Below, in pieces: positions 50,660 through 63,739 of a DNA stretch of 64,000 nucleotides. Within the stretch, counting starts at the first letter, position 1. Each line of letters opens with the position of its first letter. The stretch is from NCBI RefSeq assembly GCF_006345805.1, contig NC_042997.1:140306001-140370000 (forward strand), read 5' to 3'. A model generated the notes under the pieces. The model did no database searches, was not told where the DNA came from, and saw nothing but the letters and a program-made list of their open reading frames with translations. Origin of the DNA: Octopus sinensis. Its lineage: Eukaryota. A program made the translations under genes and the position numbers.

Positions 50660-51510
50660 CTATTATGGGCACAAGGCCTGAAATTTGCGGGGAGCTAGAT
50701 TCTTCTAGCTCACTGCCTTATTAATAATAATGAAAATAAAACGAATACAGGGCGGCGAGCTGGCAGAAACGTTAGCACGCCGGGCGAAATGCGTAGCTGT
50801 ATTTCGTCTGCCGTTACGTTCAAATTCCGCCGAGGTCGACTTTGCCTTTCAACCTTTCGGGGTCGTTTAAATAAGTACTAGTTACGCACTGGGATCGATA
50901 TAATCGACTTAATCCGTTTGTCTGTCCTTGTTTGTCCTCTGTGTTTAGCCCCTTGTGGGTAGTAAAGAAATAGAAATAAGTATTCCGTTTGTCTTTACGT
51001 TCAGAGTTCAAATTCCGCCGAGATCAGCTTTGTCTTACATTCTGTCGGGTCGATAAATTAAGTACCAGTTGCGTACTGGGTCATTCTAATCGACTAACCC
51101 CCTCCTCCAAAATTTCGGGCCTTGTGTATAGAGTAAAGAATAAAACGAATACAAAATTTACCATTTTTGGAAAGGGAGATAAATTCTTTTCTACTCCAGG
51201 CACAAAGCCCGAAATTTTGGGGGAGGGGGCCAGTCGATTAGATCGGTCCCTCAGTACGGAACTGGTACTTAATTTATAGACTCCGAAAGGATGAAAGGCA
51301 AGATCGGTCTCAGCGGAATTTGAACTCAGAACGTGAAGACAGACGAATTACCTATTTCTTTACTACCCACAAGGGGCTACACACAGAGAGGACAGACAAA
51401 CGGATTAAGTCGATTACATCGACCCCAGTGCAAATTTGAACTGAGAAAGTAAAGTCGGACGCAATGCCGCTAAACATCTTGACCGGCGTGCTAAAGATTC
51501 TGCCAGCTCA
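50660..51510. mobile_element. Cluster of SINE family B copies in both orientations
   Basis: + copies near 50751-50975 and 50980-51135; - copies near 51190-51510. Confidence 0.85.
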
Positions 51511-53460
51511 CCACATTATGACACTAATATAAAATCATGAAAATGTTGATTTAGAATAGTTGTATATGTAGTGGTTCACGTAGCAAATATTCGAACTTTG
51601 CTCTTGTTTCACTTTCCTCAACTTGTTCATTTTCGCGCATTTTTTCTGTGCCTGTTTTAGAACATGTCTATGGCGGGGTCATCGCTTGACACCCTTGTCC
51701 GCATTATTGGTAAATCTTCAACTGGCAGTTATATGATTCGAAAGCATTTTTATTCTACTACATTGTAGTACAAGAATCGTAGAGTATTTCCTTTTGCGTC
51801 ACTCTAACGATTCTGCTAAACCACTGGCCGTTCATAGAATATAATAATGGTTTCTAATTTAGACATTAAGCTAGTAATTTTGTTAAGAGTTGGGTAGTCA
51901 ATGTCATCGACTACAGTATTTGACCAGTACTCTATTTTATCAATCCCGGAGGGAGGAAAGGCAAGGATGGCCTCTACAGGATTTGAACACAAATCGTACA
52001 GCATACATTTTTTCCGGCGTTAAAGTGATTCTGGGTCCTTTTCCGTTTTCTTCCAACTACTTGAAAAAAATTCAATTCTTAGTGGCTTAAAAAATTCATT
52101 GGCTAAAAATACGTAACTTCAAATGTTTCTAACATTTTATGATAAATTTTCCAAAATAACTAATGCGATATTAGATATCCTGAAAATTTTCAGATTAAAA
52201 TTTGTGGTTGACAGAAAACGAAAAAGATCCTCGTTCTGCTAATCCGCCGCCCGTAAGTATTATATAACGATTAGCCAGAAGCCATTGATAATAATCAGCC
52301 ACTAGTAATGATAATTTACTAATGGCTAGCGTCAATATGAATCGAACTGGAAATATGGCTGTGTTGATGAGCCGTGAAATAACATACGTTTGTATATCTG
52401 GTAGATATTCGTTTGAGAAATAATTATATCCGATGAAGGTTTTCCTTTCACATTATAACACCATACTCCACTTCTGAGGGTTAAGTGTCATCGTTAGTGA
52501 CATAACTTCGATCACGAGGTAGGCCTGGCAACACTTAAGCTTTTACACGACTGTTCTAACTACCGGGCGACTATAATTCTTCTCGTATAGAAGTAATCTC
52601 AGGTTGCTGAAAATTTGTAACTACATACGTTATAACCTTTATTAAAGAGATTTCTCAGTCAATCACAGCTATATTTCTACGTATTAATTTCCTTTTTGTC
52701 TTTGCTCAAACAAAAATGTGACCACGTGACCTTTTCTATCATTTTTTTAAACAACAGATAAACAATAAAACGCAAAGTAAAAATCACCTCTTTATTTTTT
52801 TCATTTGTTTTTCTAAACTACTCTTCTGCATGTTTCCCTAACAATATAATACAAATATTATCAACGTACTTCGGGAAGTAATACAAATTCAGCAAATTAA
52901 ATTGATTTCTCGGAGGAGAAAAGAAAACATCACATACAGTAACATGAACTACTCGTAGTTTGGGGATTTGGAGAGAGCCGACATACTGTCAAATTAATCC
53001 GTTTGTTGGCGATGTTTGACTTCACATCCGATGTAGCTGTAATGTTGAAGGGAAAAATATTCTGGTGATAAAATGACCTCCAATTTGTCTAAACTTACAA
53101 ATTTCCAAAGGTCAAAAGTGAAATTATCGAAAAACATATCAGTTTATGGCAAATGAAATTCTGAGAGAAACTGTGAATGTGGTGTTTCGGGGTTATTAAA
53201 GTGGAGCACTAAAAATATAAAAAAAATTTAACAACGGAAATAACAAAGCGGCAGCAATAATAAAACCTTTTACATAATAGCTATTGCATAACTCTAAGGA
53301 TTAGAATTGGCATTACGGCATGAACGACGCATGTATATGTAAATACACACACACACGGACACATATATATAGGGAGAGTTTACGAAAAAAACAAAAGACG
53401 AAGACAGGTGGTGTAAAAAACAAACAGATGTATTAGTATAACGCCCAAGAATAGAAAAAG

Positions 53461-53497
53461 TATTTTACGTTTCGAGCCTACGCTCTTCTACAGAAAG
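53461..53497 (-). ncRNA. Hammerhead-like motif with a variant CUGUAGA core in a PLE-type repeat
   Basis: Minus strand CCTTT-CTGTAGA-A-GAGC(GTAG)GCTC-GAAACGT-A-AAATA. Confidence 0.5.
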
Positions 53498-53852
53498 GGA
53501 CCCAGAAAAAACAAGGAGAGGAAAAAAAGGAGAGAAAAAAATGCGTGTGTGGGTACTATTATGTGTAAAAGATTGTTTCTGAAAAGTTTAATTGTAAGTA
53601 TAGGTAAGTTTATTATATACTTGAATATGTTTATACTTATTTGTAAGACAAATTCTTGTGTGCATCGGTGTGAATGTTTGTGTGTGACTATATCTGTATG
53701 ACTCTCTCCATTTAGAACTGATTATCGGAAGAAGGAGTACTCATATCATTGTATTTGACACGACCCGATACTTGCCTAAAGACCCTGTGCACCCAGGAGT
53801 GAATCTCAGAGTAGCAAGAGACTGATTTGACTGAAGTTATATATATATATAT

Positions 53853-54086
53853 ATTATATATAAGGGCTTAGTAAAATAAATTACTTTGCCACATACTGAA
53901 CTCATTAGAAATAGCAGCTAAAGAAATTTCTTCAGCTATTTCTAATACTTAAAGAAGATCTCTCTCAGATATCTGAGAGAGATCTCTTTAAGTATTAGAA
54001 ATAGCTGAAGAAATTTCTTTGCTGCTATTTCTAATGAGTTCAGTATGTGGCAAAGTAATTTATTTTACTAAGCCCTTATATATAAT
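53853..54086. repeat. 234-bp zero-spacer palindrome
   Basis: Centre GAT|ATC at 53970/53971; by eye the arms differ by two 1-bp indels. Confidence 0.95.
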
Positions 54087-54178
54087 GTAATTTTTGAATT
54101 CGCCTAAAATGGTCCCTTTACATACTGAATACTTGGTGAAATTGATTAATAATTAATTAATTTTACCCTCAATTGTTG

Positions 54179-54220
<42 letters not shown>

Positions 54221-55013
54221 ATACATATATAAGTTAATCCAAACAAGAAAACACAGCAACGCGAGGACGTGGAACAAATAAAGTATTACTGGACGCTCAG
54301 GGAAGAAGGGGGGTTTAACGTTTCGAGCCTCGTTAGGGATTATAAAATCGGAGATCAACTGGAGTTATCGATTTATATATTAAGAGAAAATTCCGCAATA
54401 TATAGGGATAAACAGTCCAATACTGTGTTATTTTTTCCCCCTGAAAAATCTAGTCCCCTCTATACCCTTATTTGTTTCCTCTCTCAATTTTATTCACTAT
54501 ATTCTACTTAAATGGTTATTTTATGTCTCTTAACACCTAAAAGTCTATTTTTCAAATATATCATAGTATTTTAGTAAGATTTCATTAGGTAATATCTCCG
54601 TCTGCCACTACCTCGGCGTCCTATCTTTCCTAACAACTTATTGTTTGTGTTATTTGAAAATACGATCCTCATTCATCTTATTTAGTTCGTTATTTACCAC
54701 CAATATGTAAGCATTCGTCGTTTGAAAAACACAGCCCTGATGAAATCCGATCATATTGTGGGGGTTCTTTTACATCTATAACTCTTAACATGGTTCGAAT
54801 CCTGATGATTTGAAGCACTGTTCACCTAGTGGCCAGACAGAAATATGTGTTGGTACTTTTTATGCTTATTTTTAATGAACATTTTGATCCTTTGAATCTT
54901 ATATGAATTATATTGTTTGATATGTTTTCATCATGATACAAATAAAATTAAATGAGTATTCACTATATTTCTTCTTCATTTTCTCATATTAACATAACAT
55001 AATATTGGAATAG

Positions 55014-55321
55014 ATATAGCAATAAGAAAATGGAGGGGATCAAGAGTTGGTATTCATCAACTTATAGACATTATATTATGTCTATTTATCTATTTTTTAA
55101 AGAAGACAATTATAGCAATATACATACATGTATAACATATTATGCTTTACATATATAATATATAAAATATTTTATATTTTATATATTATATATGTAAAGC
55201 ATAATGTTATACATGTATGCATATTGCTATAATTGTCTCTTTTAAAAAAATAGACATAATATAATGTCTATAAGTTGATGAATACGAACTCTTGATCCCC
55301 TCCATTTTCTTATTGCTATAT
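55014..55321. repeat. ~308-bp zero-spacer palindrome
   Basis: Centre AAAAT|ATTTT at 55168/55169; arms ATATAGCAATAAGAAAATGGAGGGGATCAAGAG... with a few substitutions and small indels. Confidence 0.93.
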
Positions 55322-55429
55322 AAATTAAGGGTAAAATAGCTTTTTACCCCCATCCATTTATTACACTCGGTAAAGTAATTGCCTTGCAATGAAAAAAACA
55401 CTCGTGTATTAGTAACTAGGTATTCTACT

Positions 55430-55809
55430 GGATGGAAGCACTCCGTCGGTTACGATGATGAGGGTTCCGAATTAACGGAACAGCCTGCTCGTGAAATTAA
55501 CGTGTAAGTGGCTGAGCACTCACAGACACGTGCACCCTTAACGTAGTTCTCGGGGATATTCAGCGTGACACAGAGAGTGACAAGGCCGGCCCCTTGAAAT
55601 ACAGGTACAACAGAAACAGGAAGTAAGAGTGAGAGAAAGTTGTGGTGAAAGAGTACAGCAGGCATCACCACCATCCCCTGACGGAGCCTCGTGGAGCTTT
55701 TAGGTGTTTTCGCTCAATAAACACTCACAACGCCCAGTCTGGGAATCGAAACCGCGATCCTATGACCACGAGTCCGCTGCCCTAACCACTGGGCCATTGC
55801 GCCTCCATG
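55430..55809 (-). mobile_element. SINE family C, complete, 11-bp TSD
   Basis: tRNA head GGAGGCGCAATGGCCCAGTGG...GGTTTCGATTCC; GGTATTCTACT at 55419-55429 and 55810-55820. Confidence 0.92.
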
Positions 55810-55886
55810 GGTATTCTACTAGCAGTATATTAGATAGACATTATCCCTTAGTTGGTTGGATTCACAACCTCTAACTCTCTTGGAGC

Positions 55887-55927
<41 letters not shown>

Positions 55928-55942
55928 ATGTGTATATATATA

Positions 55943-55998
<56 letters not shown>

Positions 55999-56418
55999 AC
56001 CTCCTCGAGGAATGTGAAGACGCAGGCTAGAAAGCGGAACATTTTCCTATCGAAGTCGAATGTAGAGGGTTTGTTGGACACAGCGTGAGACGGCTGTTGT
56101 TATCGCTAGGCCTAACTTATCGTAAAGTCAATACCACCATGACTGATATCCAATCTACAGTGGAGAAGGCTAGCCACTGGATTTGGTTAAAAAGAGACGA
56201 TGAGCGATGGCTAGAAGTATATTGAGTTTAACTTCATAACCAGCTGATCTAGCAAGCGGGGCCTCATATCAGTGAGGGGGGCCGGTGCGCATTGATGCCG
56301 TCGAGAGGTAGGCCCCGAAACGGCGCGCATTCTCTCCTGATGACCCCATACACTTGCTAGCTTCCGGTATATGGAGCTTTTAACTGGTAGCACTTGCATA
56401 TGCAAGTTGTTTGCAAGA

Positions 56419-56652
56419 CATAGGTTTGGCCAAAAGTCACCTGATAGAAAATCAAAACCATTTAATTCCAAGATTTATTTATGTTTTAACAACTGAGTGA
56501 ATTTGATAAGAGCAGCTAAATATGAAACATCATAAAAATTGTTCAAATTGAAGTCCTTGAGCGACGTATTTTCCCACTCGAGTCAATACAGAATTACAGA
56601 TAGTATTTATAGAACTTTGATTCACTGTCGGGTGACTTTTGGTCAACCCTGT
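56419..56652. mobile_element. Tc1/mariner-type MITE
   Basis: Imperfect TIRs TTGGCCAAAAGTCACCTGATAG / CTGTCGGGTGACTTTTGGTCAACCCTG|TA. Confidence 0.6.
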
Positions 56653-56739
56653 ATACACCCACCCACACACACACGCGCACGCACTTGGTGTCTCAGTTCT
56701 CAGTTTGAGGCTTTGACGCTCAGGAGAAATGGAAGATTC

Positions 56740-56774
56740 TTTGACGTTTCGAGTCTATGCTCTTCTACAGAAAC
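56740..56774 (-). ncRNA. Hammerhead-like motif with a variant CUGUAGA core
   Basis: Minus strand GTTT-CTGTAGA-A-GAGC(ATAG)ACTC-GAAACGT-C-AAAG. Confidence 0.45.
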
Positions 56775-56940
56775 GAATGAGGAAATAAAACAGAAGGATA
56801 GAGGGAGGAAAAACGGAGAGAAAAAATACCTGCCTGGATTAACAGTTGCACATGTCCTAGGAATACAAGCTCATTAATCTGGAGCTATCCCGATTTCTGT
56901 GACGTTTAAGCAATAAAAGCACACTATTTCACCGTGTATA

Positions 56941-57516
56941 TCTTATATAGAGTAGCTTAAATTATTTCATATTCATGAAACGACATTGCACTTGCAATTG
57001 CGTAATCTCAATGTCTCCCCACCTTTTTCACTTAGCAGGCTGTCTCGGTACATGCCATATAATGGCTGACTGCAATATATGAGAAATTGTGAGAAAACGC
57101 AGTATCTGTGGGTAAGTGTTAATTTCTCTCTATATAAAGCTGAAGTTGTCTGTGTATGGTAGGTTTGGTAGTCTTCAACTAACACTATCTCCTCCGAGAC
57201 CCTGCAGCGCAAGTTGACCAAAATTGAGAGTATGATAGAAGAAGGCTCGCTCTTCCTTTCGTAGAAGAAAAAATTCAAATCGGACCATGTTAACACCAAA
57301 AATTATTTACATCAAAAAGGTGCTTTTTTTTCTATGAAAATCCCTATTTTTTTACGATTTTTTGACTGTCGTGTCGCCATTTTTCGGTGCATTTCAACTA
57401 GAAAAATGTTCACTTGAAGAGAATAACAAGCTAAATAATGTGAAGTTTTTACTTTTCAAAAATTCCAATTCTAAAGGGTCGAAACAAACCCGAGCAACGC
57501 CGGGTTATACTGCTAG
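56941..57516 (+). mobile_element. Non-autonomous Helitron
   Basis: 3' end ACAAACCCGAGCAACGCCGGG...CTGCTAG|T, as at 23145. The 5' A|TC boundary is tentative. Confidence 0.65.
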
Positions 57517-57629
57517 TATTGTGATAATGGCGGTAACTCACACTTACAGACACCTACATTGAGACAGGGAGAGTTCATAAGGTTATATGCTTCAGTCAAC
57601 AACCATGTGTGTGAGTGTGTGTCTTTTTT

Positions 57630-57882
57630 TTTCTTTTACTTGTTTCAAACATTTGACTGCGGCCATGCTGGGGCACCGCCTTGAAGTGTTTTAGTCGACC
57701 AAATCGACACCAGGATATATTTTTTAAAGCCTGGTACTTATTTAAAATTTTATTTTTTGCCGAACCGCTAATTTTCGGGGATGTAAACACACGAACACCG
57801 GCTGCCAAGCGGTGGTGGTAATACAAGCACTTACATAAACACACACACTCACTCACACACATACACACACACACACACACAA

Positions 57883-57938
<56 letters not shown>

Positions 57939-58140
57939 ACACACACACACACACAATCTTTTATCTTTTATTTGTTTCAGTAATTAGACTGTGGCCATGC
58001 TGGGGCACCGCCTTGAAGAATTTTAGTCGAATGAATCGACTGCAGTACTCTTTAAAGCCTGGTACTTATTTTATCGGTTTCTTTTCGCTGAACCGCCAAG
58101 TTACGGAGACATAAATACCTGTTGTCAAGCGGTGGTGGGG
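57630..58140 (-). mobile_element. Two SINE family A 3' halves around (CA)n
   Basis: GACTG.GGCCATGCTGGGGCACCGCC block occurs twice. Confidence 0.8.
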
Positions 58141-58152
58141 ACACACACACAC

Positions 58153-58189
<37 letters not shown>

Positions 58190-58572
58190 ACCATCTCGCT
58201 ACAGTCAAAAATTGTGAAGCATGACTGTCACCACTACTACATGAACCTGAAGATTGCATAATTTAATGCATGAAAGTACTAGTTCATTCAGAATGAACAT
58301 TTAACATTCTATTATTCTATTTTATTATATTCTATTATCTTATATTATATCATTATAAGATTGTAAATAAAACGTGAAAATCAGACAAGGTTGGAATTCC
58401 TTTTTTTAATATATATATATATATATTATATATATATATATATTATATATATATATATATATATAGTAAATCCCCCTCACCCCCAAAAATGTACAAACAC
58501 AAAAAAAAAACAACGTGCGAAGGTGGTGCATGCAAAGTTAATAGCAGACGCTCAGGGAAGGAAAGGAAGAAG

Positions 58573-58607
58573 GTTTAACGTTTCGAGCAACACTCTTCTT
58601 CAGAAAC
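58573..58607 (-). ncRNA. Minimal type I hammerhead motif within a (TA)n-flanked module (58466-58680)
   Basis: Minus strand GTTT-CTGAAGA-A-GAGT(GTT)GCTC-GAAACGT-T-AAAC; stem I GTTT/AAAC is perfectly paired. Confidence 0.72.
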
Positions 58608-58679
58608 AGAGGAAAGTCCAATAGAAAGGAAAACGGAGAAAGAAAATCGCCAACGATTCACATGTGGTTACATTTTGAA

Positions 58680-58748
<69 letters not shown>

Positions 58749-59372
58749 TATATATATATAAGCATGTAAATGTATATGACTGTATATACAGCTGTATATA
58801 CTCGCAAGCGGATATGACGTGGTCTCTCGTACCCCGCTTTCGCTCATTTTAGATGTAAGCATAGACATCGTTTCGTTCCTGCTCCCCTTTAGCCCAGCGA
58901 AAAGATCAGAGATAGATTTAATTACTATTTCTAATAGGTGGAGTGACAATGTCGACATCCGTTATTTACTCAAGAGGGAGTGCTGGAAATAAATATCGAG
59001 TTTCCTGAACTGACACTTTAATCGTTATTTTGACAACATCGAAATTAGTGAAATTTTTCAGCTTGATTCACAGAGCCCGTATGTAAATAATCTTGACCTT
59101 TAACATTTAATGTTTGTACAGCATTTTTCTAAAAATTTATTTTTCTGTTTAATTTCATTTCAAATTGTAGCAGACTATTTTAAAAATAACGTCATTTAAA
59201 GGTCAGTAAAGTTCTTTTACGTTCAACCTTCCATGCATGTACATTTAAGTGTGCGCGTTCACATGTACGTTTAAACATATACTGTGTATGTGTGTGTATG
59301 TATGTACATATGTATGTATGTATGCATGCATGTATGTATGTGTGTATGTACACGCATACACACGTATATATA

Positions 59373-60432
59373 GAGGGTCCGAAAAATGTCTACACTCTTT
59401 AACGGCTGGTAATCCACTAAGTTTTCACTTCTTTTTAGATTTAACCCATTAGTAATAATGAAGGGGTGAGAATCAAATTCAGATTTAGCCTTGAACAAAA
59501 TTTGAAAACGCAGTCGAATTGCAGTTTAAGAAGGGGCTTCAAATTGATCGAACAACGTGACTTACCATCACTCAGATCAGAGATAAGATTGATGCTGATG
59601 GAACTGTTCAGAACGTTCACAAGAAACGTTCCAGAAGTCCATGGACATCGACGAGCCTCACAAAGCAAAAACAAGTACAAGAAACGAATTGCCAGAAGAA
59701 AATCTACAGCAAGCGAGTTGCGAGATAGGTATTTCAGAGTCAAGCGGGTATTGCATTTTGAAGCGTCGCTATCATTGGAAAAGTTGCATTCGAAGAATAG
59801 CCCATTCTCTTAATGAAGACCGAAGAATGTAGTTTTGTAGGTGGTACTTGACAAAATGCATAGAAAACGTACACTTTCCATCAAGATTGTCTGAAGGGAC
59901 GAAGCTCAATTAACTTTCACAGTTGCACCAACTAGAGACCTGAGAATCCGCATATTATGGAAGAGCATTATGTTAAAATCTAGTAGGAGTTACAGTATGG
60001 TGGGGCTTGCTACCAAAAGGGTTAACTGCCTTATTCATTTTTTACGGTACTAATATCGGTCCTATTTACTAAAACTTACTGCGGCAATCTGTCATGCGAA
60101 GATTCCAAGAGGTCTTTGAAGTTACGGAGTTTTCTTTCTAACAAGATGGGGTACCCACGCTGCCTCAGCAATGTAAGAGCCTTCTTTGATGAGGTTTTAT
60201 AATACAAATGGATTGGATGAAGAGGTCCAATAGAATACCGTTTAGATTCACAGGACCTCACAACACTAGACTTTTTTTTATGGCGTTACGTATAATGTAA
60301 AATTAACGCCACAAATCCGGCAACACTCAACGAATTAAGGACGGCCGTTGAACAAGAATGCACACAAATACCGAATGAAATATTTTGCGATGTTTGCATT
60401 TCCATTGCTTCTCGTTATCAGCAGTGCCTGAA
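59373..60432 (+). mobile_element. maT/rosa-like (IS630-Tc1-mariner) transposon relic, 3'-truncated
   Basis: Fragments DADGTVQNVHKKRS, QDGVP, NWIGRRGPIE, TLNELRTAVEQEC...IP across frameshifts. Confidence 0.8.
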
Positions 60433-61600
60433 CCAGTGTCTTCCCATGCTTGTTCTGGTAAATTTTGGTAGGATCCTTCTGTGCATCTAATCCAGTCTGC
60501 ATTTTCATTGTATATCTTTTCATCGCTCTAAATACTTTACCAAAAGTTTTCAACTTCTTCAATGAGAGCAGGGTTTTTAACGGATATTTTCTCCTTCCCT
60601 ATTTCTCTGTCGAATGTTTTCGCATTAGATGCGAACAGCCTATTTTGCTTGTAAAACAGGTTTCTCTTCTCAAATCTTCGTATAATTCGAGCTTTTGCTT
60701 GGACTTTTTGTTGCAGTGTTTCTTTGTTGAAAGCAGTTCTTCTCTTGGTGAGAATCTATATTTTCTCTCATCATCTTTCTTCCTTTTCTGGACCTTACAT
60801 AGTTTCCACAAATTAGTTAATTTAATATTGATATTTCACTTCTCATTATTTCAATCTCTTTTTCAATTTTAACACTCCAGTTTTGAATTCTTCCCAGGTT
60901 TCTACTTCTTTGTTTTTTTTCGGAGGTATATATACAACTGGTTTCAATTGTCTTAGCAGATGCGTAAATAATTTTATTTAACTCATTGAGATCATGTTTT
61001 AGTTCTTGTATGATTTCTTTTATTACATAATTGCCAATTTTAATTAAAAAAAATTTTGGATTGCATTTAAGAATTTATGAAGTTCTTCTCTATCATGCAT
61101 ATTGGTATGTTTTACAACTGCAAGCATATTCAGGATTTTCTGCTTCATTTCAATCATAGACTCTCTCTGTTATTCAAATACTGTTTCTTTGCCAGTTTCC
61201 TCGCTGTTGTTTACATGTTTGTATTTGGAGAAGAGTTTGTGCTAGTGGATGACTTTTCGACTCCAGGCTGGCTCACTTCTGGGGGACGCGCATCTAGATT
61301 AATCATAGATCAAGCGATTTGGTGTACTGTCGTAGTTTTCCTTTTTGTTTGTAAGGTATATTTTTGCTACATTGAAATTGTTAGTGTTAAGCCTTGTGTG
61401 GCAGATATAGAGATGCTTGTTGTCTCTGCCACTATTATCAACTTCGCCAGTATTACCGTTACAATTACTTTAACCTTGCCATTACAGCAGCAGTGTCCAT
61501 CGTTAGTTAGCACCAAAACTGTCTTGGCCTGTATCGTTGCGGTCAACCTTTGTGGAAATGCCAACAGTATAGCCGTTACCATCGTTGTTATGAACTGCTG
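60433..61600 (-). mobile_element. Degenerate R4/Dong-like non-LTR element, region upstream of RT
   Basis: Fragments LNELNKIIYASAKTIE, KIEKEIEIMRSEISIL, PALIEEVENFW, YNENADWI resemble the pre-RT segment of R4-clade proteins. Judged by eye. Confidence 0.6.
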
Positions 61601-61869
61601 AAGAATTTAGTTAAATCTGTCAGTTTTGCTCTTACTACTGTGTAGTATTATTAAATGTTGTTTAGTTTCGACTTTTGCCTTGTACTTAAAAGGATCATAA
61701 ATACGTAAGGGTTGGTGGTGGTGGTGGAAGTTAGTAGGAGGAAGAGAAGAAGCTTGGTGGACACAGCCAAATACCACCAGTCTGTAAATAGATTCATCAG
61801 ATGGTGACAAGGAGATCAACAATGGGGCTTTGTATTCCTCTTTGATCAAAAAACAAAAGGAGTGTCACT

Positions 61870-62570
61870 GCCTTGCGGTCAGAAAAATCAAATACGTGTT
61901 TACTACCACTCTCGTACAATGTTCCACATTATGTGCTTAATTTCCCCTTCGGTTCTTAGGGCTGCTATTACTGTGTCCTCGAACGGTTCGCCATTTCTGG
62001 GTATTAACCTGGACACACCGCCAGTATGTCCTAGCTTTTTCGAAGGTAAATATTCTATTGCGTAGTCGCAGTTTAATAGTATGGTGCCCCATCGCTGCAA
62101 CCCGTTTGCTGTATGTACTAGGATTCATTGGATACATAAATCGTTAGCAACGGGCAATAGTTGTTTGTAGTCAAAACCGTCTACCAAGTATAAACCTGTG
62201 GAACTTTTTATGCTAAATATAATCGCTATTGCTTCTTTTTCAATCTGGCTATAATTTTTTCCTGCAGGCTATAGCGTCCTTGACGCGTAAGTTATGGCTA
62301 CCATCTTCCCATTTGTGTAGGAGTACGGCACCTGCCCCGTACTAACTAGCATCTATTGCCAGTATCGTTGCCAATCGAAGTTTATAAGTGACAAGTCTGA
62401 AGTTAACATACTTTTTAGTTCCACAAATGCCTTTTGACATTTTTCTGACCAAAACCATTTGGCATTCTATTTTAACAACTCGTTTAATGGAGCCCTTGTG
62501 TTGTGTATGTTCGGGATATATACTTGATAATAGTTTACCAAGCTTAAAAATGCTTGTAACAATTTGGGAT
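61870..62570 (-). mobile_element. Ty3/Gypsy pol relic (RNase H C-terminus)
   Basis: QRWGTILLNCDYAIEYLPSKKLGHTGGVSRLIP resembles QRWA..LL.YDF.I.Y.PG.....AD.LSRL. Confidence 0.8.
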
Positions 62571-62959
62571 CTTTTCTAAAAGAAGGCCAGTTTTTTTCTA
62601 GTTAACTAAATAATTTGAAACTTCGTATACTGGTAGAATGTGTCAAAAGAAAACATTAATTTCAATTAGTTTTTTGGAGAAAAATGTATTTTCTAACTTT
62701 TACGTAGTTTAATTCTTCGAATTTTAAATAATAGTATTCTCTCTTTTCACCTCAATTCATTTACTGCCGTGTTATTCATCTTTATCAGTCTTCTGTTTTC
62801 TGTCTTCAAAGGCTTGTTTATTTCATGTGTATGTGTTGGGCGACGAAATTCATCGATTTAAGAGATACACAACACACGCACACATACACAACAAAAAGAC
62901 ACACACACACACACACGCACACATACACAACAAAAAGACACACACACACACACACACAC

Positions 62960-63720
62960 ATGAAGGTCGGCTTGCGGTATACGGATGTCCTGAATCCATA
63001 CTTGGTGCGTGTTATTAATACGTCCAGGAATGCTAGCTGATTGACTTTTTCTTTTTCCATTGTCAACTGTATGGATGGCTTTATTGAGTTCTCATGATCT
63101 AACAGCACTTGGACATCTTCCTGGTGGGGCCAGAGTATGAAGGTGTCATCAACATATCACAGCCAAAGGGTTGGTTTTAGTGGTGTTGATCTTAAAACCA
63201 AATTCTCAAAGTATTCCATGTATATGTTGGCTATTATCGGTGATAATGGCGAACCCATAGCTAAACCCTCTTCTTATCGATATATATCAGTGTCCATACT
63301 GAAAGTAGGTAGTTTCTACACAGAAGGTCAACATTTCTATAAAGAAAGTTTCTTATTGGTATACTAGTGCGTTCTTTTAGATGGGTGTCTGTCACTAGTT
63401 TTTCTTGATTCACCGATAATGCTTCACCAGTTGGGACTTTGGTGAACAGACTTATCACATCAAGACTCACCATCTGGTTGGATTCAATGGGGGTATCCTT
63501 GATCAATTCTGTGAAGTGGGTAGAATTCTTCACGCACGATGTTGACTTTCCTGCTAATGGACTGATCATATCCACCAGGAAGCGGCTCAGTGGATGACAA
63601 GCAGCATATTGTCCGACCTGCTAACAATCCTGTCAGCTTGCCGCTGTTGTGGGTAGCCAATATTACTGTACGTATAAGGGCAGTGAGCTGGAGAATCGTT
63701 ATCACGCCAGGCAAAATGCT
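62960..63720 (-). mobile_element. Penelope-like RT fragment
   Basis: CVKNSTHF...MVSLDVISLFTKVP (63261-63575); IQLTMEKEKVNQLAFLDVLITR...VYRKPT (62818-63108). Confidence 0.9.
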
Positions 63721-63739
63721 TAGCACCATTTCGTGTGTC

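Noticed and set aside
51661-51709. Possible 49-bp exon with a good acceptor and donor (NMSMAGSSLDTLVRII)
   Set aside because: It lies downstream of the RING stop codon and has no partner exons or recognisable domain; splice-like signals alone are insufficient.
54737-54850. Two extra CTGATGA motifs as hammerheads
   Set aside because: No convincing stem II or GAAAC-NUH arrangement could be built; at most these are decayed relics.
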